The translations under genes and the position numbers were made by a program. Below the pieces are notes generated by a model. The model was given only the letters and a program-made list of their open reading frames with translations. It was not told where the DNA came from and did no database searches. Below are positions 58,785 through 64,000 of a DNA stretch of 64,000 nt, piece after piece; within the stretch, counting starts at the first letter, position 1; each line of letters starts with the position of its first letter. The DNA lies in assembly GCF_000315625.1 (NCBI RefSeq), contig NW_005434659.1, forward strand, positions 699,848 to 763,847. Direction: 5' to 3'. The stretch comes from Guillardia theta CCMP2712 (Eukaryota; Protista; Cryptophyta).

Positions 58785-59887
58785 ATGCCACTACCACCAT
58801 CTCCTGAACCTCAGGAAGTCCCTGGCACTCCTGAAAAAGTTGAGGAGGAGCTCCCTGTTGAGATGGACGCGCTGGCTGCTCATCAGAACAGGCCCTTCAT
58901 TCCTCAGTCACGCAACCTGGTCCCCGCAGTGGGGGAAGTTGAAAATGATTCGATCGAACCGCTCGCTGCGGTCGTCGTCAGATCAGACGTCTCACCTTCC
59001 TCTGTGTACCTCTTGAAGGATCTTTCCAGCTTCGTTGCATCGACGTTGTGGAGAATCTAGCCAAATGTTCTCAGTGCTCTGACGTGCTCTACATCGATCT
59101 TACATTAGCATGCGCCTGTTTAAGGAATTGTAGGTTCGCCGGCGCCGAGTTATACTTTTGCAAGACGGTTTGCGAAGAATCCAGCGATGTAGCATACAAC
59201 TTCTCTCCTGACCCAATCCTCTTCGCTAGGCCCCTAGCGAAGGAAAAATCCCCATCGCCCACCACGAGGATCAGAGATTTGCTGTCGTAAGGGCACTGCC
59301 CGACAGGCGCGTAGGAACGATCACGGGTTGGAGTGGACAGGGTTGGTTTGTTCGGCTTGAAGTCTGAAGATGCAATAAGGAGACATCAGATCTCAGCCTG
59401 ACCCACAACTTCACAACCTTTCTTGAAACTTTTCTTCGCCTGCACCTTCTGCCGCAGCTTCTTGGCTCGAGCCTGTGGGACCCTTAAGTTCGTGCGATCG
59501 AGGAGGAGGAGGATCAGCGAGCTCTGTTGACATGACTAGAGATGCTACAGCAATTGACACATCCTCACTCAAAGCTTCACTGCACAAGAGTACGCAGAGA
59601 AAATGTTTCAGGGAAAACAAGATGTTTTTCGGAACTTTCATAGATTCATGCAGATCAGTATACACAGTCGCAGCCGCGAGGAGACCAACAGGATGATGAG
59701 CTACGACACAGCAAGACACGTTTTCCCATGCTCCTTCTGCTCTTCTGCCATCGTATCCTCTCCTTTCAGCGTGTTTCCTGCATCGCCTTACCTTCTCCCG
59801 CTGCCCCATGGCGAACGAGTAGCGGCCCCCCAATCTTCCGGGCCCTCATCCGGGCCCCGGCTGAGAGGCTCCGAGGCTGGCATTTGA
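58785..59887 (+). CDS. Hypothetical multi-exon protein
   Basis: Chain of short + strand ORFs (58785..59060, 59048..59290, 59603..59887); structure unresolved. Confidence 0.35.
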
Positions 59888-60207
59888 CTCAGTGAGTCCA
59901 ATTGCCCGGGACTCTGAAAAATGAACTTCTCAAAAATCGAGTTGAGAACTTCTACCGTACTCAAAAGTTCTAGAACTTCTACACGGCCCGCCTCACCTTG
60001 CCACTGGCATGGATTGAGATGGGGTACCACTACGATTACCCTACCCGGCTTTCTATTCACCCTACCCCATTTCAATCTCAAATTTGGGTGAGGAAAAAGG
60101 GGGTATTTTTCACTACCCCCTTACAAGTTCGTTGAAGCCCACCCCCCAGCAGAGATGGTGTTTTAAAGAAGGACGGTGAGGTGGAGGGGGTTAGCAAGGA
60201 AGCGAAT

Positions 60208-62161
60208 ATGCGCGTGCTAGTGACGGGAGGAGCGGGCTTCATAGGGAGCCACACAACGCTGGGATTACTCATGCAAGACAAGCAGGGAGACCAAGAGTCC
60301 TACGAAGTTGTTGTGGTGAGTTCCTCTCGTCTTCTAACCACATGATGAGGGAAGAGTCTCCCAGCGAGGAGCTCCGGTTGAGGGAAGCTGACCAAATTTG
60401 TGACGATCAAGTTCTTATCGATGGCTAAGACATTGTCTCTTGAGACATGATTATGAGCACATTTTCATGCCGAAATTCGTTGGATTGATGTTCATGGTTG
60501 TGTTCATTGAACTATGGGAAACAGGTGGACAACTTCAGCAACTCATCGCCAGAATCGTTGAAAAGAGTCATGGAAATCACGGGAAAGACCGTGGAATACC
60601 ATGACTTGGATCTCAGGTACTTGGATAGATTGAAATGTACCATTCCCCCTCAATCTCATTCGCTTACTCTCGTTTTACTTTTCAGGAACAAGTCTGCAGT
60701 GAAAGAATTTTTTGACTCTCAGAAGCAAAAGTTTGATGCAGGTTGCCATAGCTCTGTCTTGATTGACGAAGTCTTGACATCGATTCATTCAGTTGTTCAT
60801 TTTGCCGCGCTCAAAGCAGTCGGAGAGTCGGTGCAGAAACCGCTTGAGTACTATGAGAACAACTTGACTGGTGCCCTCAATCTCCTCGAGGTATCTCATT
60901 CCTACCTCTCGGATCATGCCATCTGATGATTCTAATTTTCTAGTGCATGCGGGAAAGTGGGTGCAAGGCCATCGTGTTTTCCTCCTCTGCCACTGTGTAC
61001 GGGAATGCAACCAAGGACTGCGACAAGATTACCGAGGTTGAAGGGACTGTTGTCCTGCGAAATTATCCTTGACAGAAGAGCAGGATGCTCCAATCAGTGC
61101 GACGAATCCATATGGACGCACAAAGCTCTTCATCGAGGTCAGTTGACACATTCTAGGCAACGGATGAACTGATAGAGCTCACAGGAGATCTTGAGAGACC
61201 TTTGTAAGTCCGACAAGGATTGGAAGGTTTTCAACCCTTGCGTGCTGTCGTTTCGCAAGTGATGACAGGCCCGACTATAGGCTATCAATCTTCGGTACTT
61301 TAACCCAGTTGGTGCACACGAGAGTGGCAGAATCGGCGAGGACCCTGCAGGTACCATTCATCTCCCATTATTTTGCGATAGCTCATTGGTTCTTTTTTCA
61401 AGGCATTCCTAACAACTTGATGCCATATGTTTCCAAGGTCACATGCGGGTTTATGCACTATGTATTCATTCTGATCGAGAACTTCAGGTTGCTGTCGGCA
61501 AGCTCGAGTACCTGACAGTGCACGGAAACGATTATCCCACCCCAGACGGAACCGTAAGATGACAAGATTTTTAAATGTTCGTCTCACATTGCGTGCTTGT
61601 AGGGTGTTAGAGATTACATCCATGTCATGGATCTTGCTGAAGGTGGGCAGTTCTTCAGGCTGTAGAGAATGATTCTGAGATGAATCTGTTTCAGGTCACA
61701 TCGCTGCCATCAAGAAGTTGTCATCACTACAGGGGGAGATCACCGTGAACCTCGGAACAGGTACAGCCAGCGGACTAGTCTTGCTCCTTGGCCGTGTAGA
61801 CCATTTCCTCCTCGTGACTCGTATTTTTCACAGGCCGAGGTTACAGCGTAGTTGAGATGGTGGAGGCGATGAGGAAAGCGAGTGGAGCTGAAATCCCTTA
61901 CAAGATTGGCCCGCGCAGGTGCTCTTCCGCGCTTCGACTTATATGCCCTTACAAAGCTTTCTCAGGGAGGGAGACGTTGCGATGTTGTGTGCAAGCACCG
62001 AGAAGGCAAAGAGAGAGCTTGGGTGGGTTGCTAAGAAGAACCTAGAAGACATGTGCAACGACTTGTGAGTTTTGCTCATCCTCGTCGCTCACCTCTGATT
62101 CTTTCCCTCATATTCAAGGTGGAGATGGCAGAGCGCGAACCCCAACGGGTACCGTCAGTAG
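60208..62161 (+). CDS. GALE: UDP-glucose 4-epimerase, leaderless (presumed cytosolic) paralog, about 15 exons
   Basis: Starts [15 protein letters not shown]; [13 protein letters not shown]; FSSSATVYG; NPYGRTK; [14 protein letters not shown]; [12 protein letters not shown]; ends [13 protein letters not shown]. Confidence 0.93.
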
Positions 62162-62607
62162 GAACCGGGTTCATTTCAGAAACACAATGATGCCATGATT
62201 CGAGTCCGAAATTTTTGATAGAGTCAGCATTTAATGAATTAAGCCAGTTAATCGCTACTGCCAGTGCCCAGAACTCGCCGGAGGCCCGGCGGCCCGGCGC
62301 GCAGTGCCAGACTACTGTCCGATCGAACTGTCCGCCAATGACCTGCCGGGGCCCCCGCGTTTGAAGTGTGCGGCAGGCCGCCGGGCGGGCACTGGCAGAA
62401 ATCGACCCTGAGGCGGACCCGGAATCTCGGATGCGGGCGGGGATGAGGCAGATCGCAGTGCGGGTAGACCATGGCGTGTCAGGGGAACGGGTGGTAGGAG
62501 GCATCATGGCGGAGATTGAGAAGCAGAGCATGTGATGGAGCTCGTTTGAAAGATAATGATAGCGAAGAAGAGGATCCGATGAAGATGAGGCGAGAAGCTC
62601 GAAGGTT

Positions 62608-63961
62608 GTGATGAGTCAAAGGAGCAGGACGGAAGAATCCTCACGTGAAGGTGGAGCGACGATGGCGACTGGAATGTTGCGGGTGGTGGGGAGGTTGAGG
62701 GACATCCTAATCAAAGCGATAGAGACAGACGAGGGAGATGTGAGGGAGGAGATCTTGAATGATCTTCTCTCGGATGTGTGCAGCCCAATCGAAGAGGAGG
62801 TCAGACATACTGGGGAGCTCAAAGAATACGGCGAGGAGTGCAGATACTACTACGAGGCAATCAGCATGTTTGTTGTGAAAGAGAAAGATGGACTGGAATT
62901 CACAAAAAGTTTGGTGACGCTCTTCACTTGTCTTTGGGACGTGTGGGAAGTCAGATGCACATACGCACTAACGATGCACCGATGGCTATTCCGGAACAAC
63001 TTTGAAGAGCACAGTTTGAAATCCATGATGGTCATGATTAAGGGCGCGAACTCTTTGTTTTGGTCAGACGTCAATGCTCTCTCAGAGCTTTACCGTCCTC
63101 TGTTTGTTTTCCTTATTTCACAGCTCACAAACCAAGAGGACTGCCTCGGAGACATGGACACGGCGGTTTACGCCGATCTCTTGAAGCTTGCATCTCGATT
63201 CATTTGTTACTACGACCTGTCGGGCTGTGAAGCATCTCACCTGCAAGATCTGTCGACGTTCATTTCTATGATACACTCAAGTCAATGGTTCCATCGAACT
63301 TGCGACGAGGATGAAAGTTCTTCCATGGGGCTGAACGAGGGATCCTCGGGGTGTGTCATTGAACCAGCTTCTATCGTGGTGATGGAGATCGTTCATCAGC
63401 TGAACAGCATCTGTATCGAGGAGGCCTTGTGCAGATACGTAGAAGGGGTAAGCTCTTTGAAGCCAGAGCTTGTCAACTGTCTGGATTGGCAAACGAGAAT
63501 CAAGTTACAGGTTTGACCTTTGACTTCTGCCGTCGTCTAGATGTAACGTCGCATCAATAGGGCATCTTACACGGGCTGGGATCACCTGGGGGGCCTCTAT
63601 ATCCTCCTCGGCCGGTCAGGGTACGAGCTCGGAGGACGATGGACTTCCTGTTTCCCAGGGGAAGGCACGGGAGGAGGCTGGTGAATTTAACTTTCAGACT
63701 TTTACATCCCTACCGCTGGCCCATGTCGTTGGCTCATTGGTGAGAGCGATGGTGTCCTGTGCTGTGTTGCGGGGAATGTTGACGGTCCCGTGCGCTTGCA
63801 GGATTACAGTCCAGCTGCCGCGGGAGGTCTGGGCGAAGGCGCATGAGATCTTGCCAACGGGGGTCAGCACACGGATCGCTTCAGCAGCAACTTCGTCGCA
63901 CCAGCTGGCAGTCAAGGTAGCCCAGCCCTCTGCTGTGCCGCCAGCTCTGAGGATCCGTTGA
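62608..63961 (+). CDS. Conserved hypothetical protein
   Basis: 302-aa ORF plus second exon GSPGGPLYPPRPVRVRARRTMDFLFPRGR..LTFRLLHPYRWP, which resembles, from memory only, an uncharacterised plant/algal family. Confidence 0.65.
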
Positions 63962-64000
63962 TGGCAGATCGTTCAAGTGCCGTCCAAAGTGTGGAGGTTG

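Noticed and set aside
59930-59985. GAACTTCT/TTCTAGAA repeats resembling a heat-shock element upstream of GALE
   Set aside because: Spacing does not give three correctly phased nGAAn units

Overview
Gene-dense, intron-rich eukaryotic nuclear DNA. Short GT/GC-AG introns with CTGAC branch points, introns filled with CTCCTG/GAG repeats, and bipartite signal+transit leaders point to a cryptophyte alga such as Guillardia; this is an inference, not a database match. About 23 protein-coding genes can be traced by hand. They include an O-methyltransferase fusion, a Nudix hydrolase, an articulin-like VPV-repeat protein ending in a PDZ domain, ERCC6L/PICH, a MAP kinase with an atypical TVY loop, an RSPH10B-like MORN protein, an RluA-family pseudouridine synthase, a large TSP1/EGF/lectin secreted protein, an LRR+EF-hand protein, a Tim17/22-family protein, two UDP-glucose 4-epimerases, a pepsin-family protease and HAT1. 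There is one 100-N gap. Two observations stand out. (1) The pepsin-family protease looks circularly permuted: its first catalytic DTG strand and a propeptide-like segment come after the second catalytic lobe. (2) Between 43 and 53.5 kb, several normally cytosolic, nuclear or mitochondrial proteins (HAT1, GALE, Tim17-like) carry signal-peptide leaders, two of them ending in a ubiquitin-like LRGG, which suggests import into the periplastid/nucleomorph compartment. Exon boundaries were read by eye and are approximate. No rRNA, tRNA, CRISPR array or recognisable transposase was seen.
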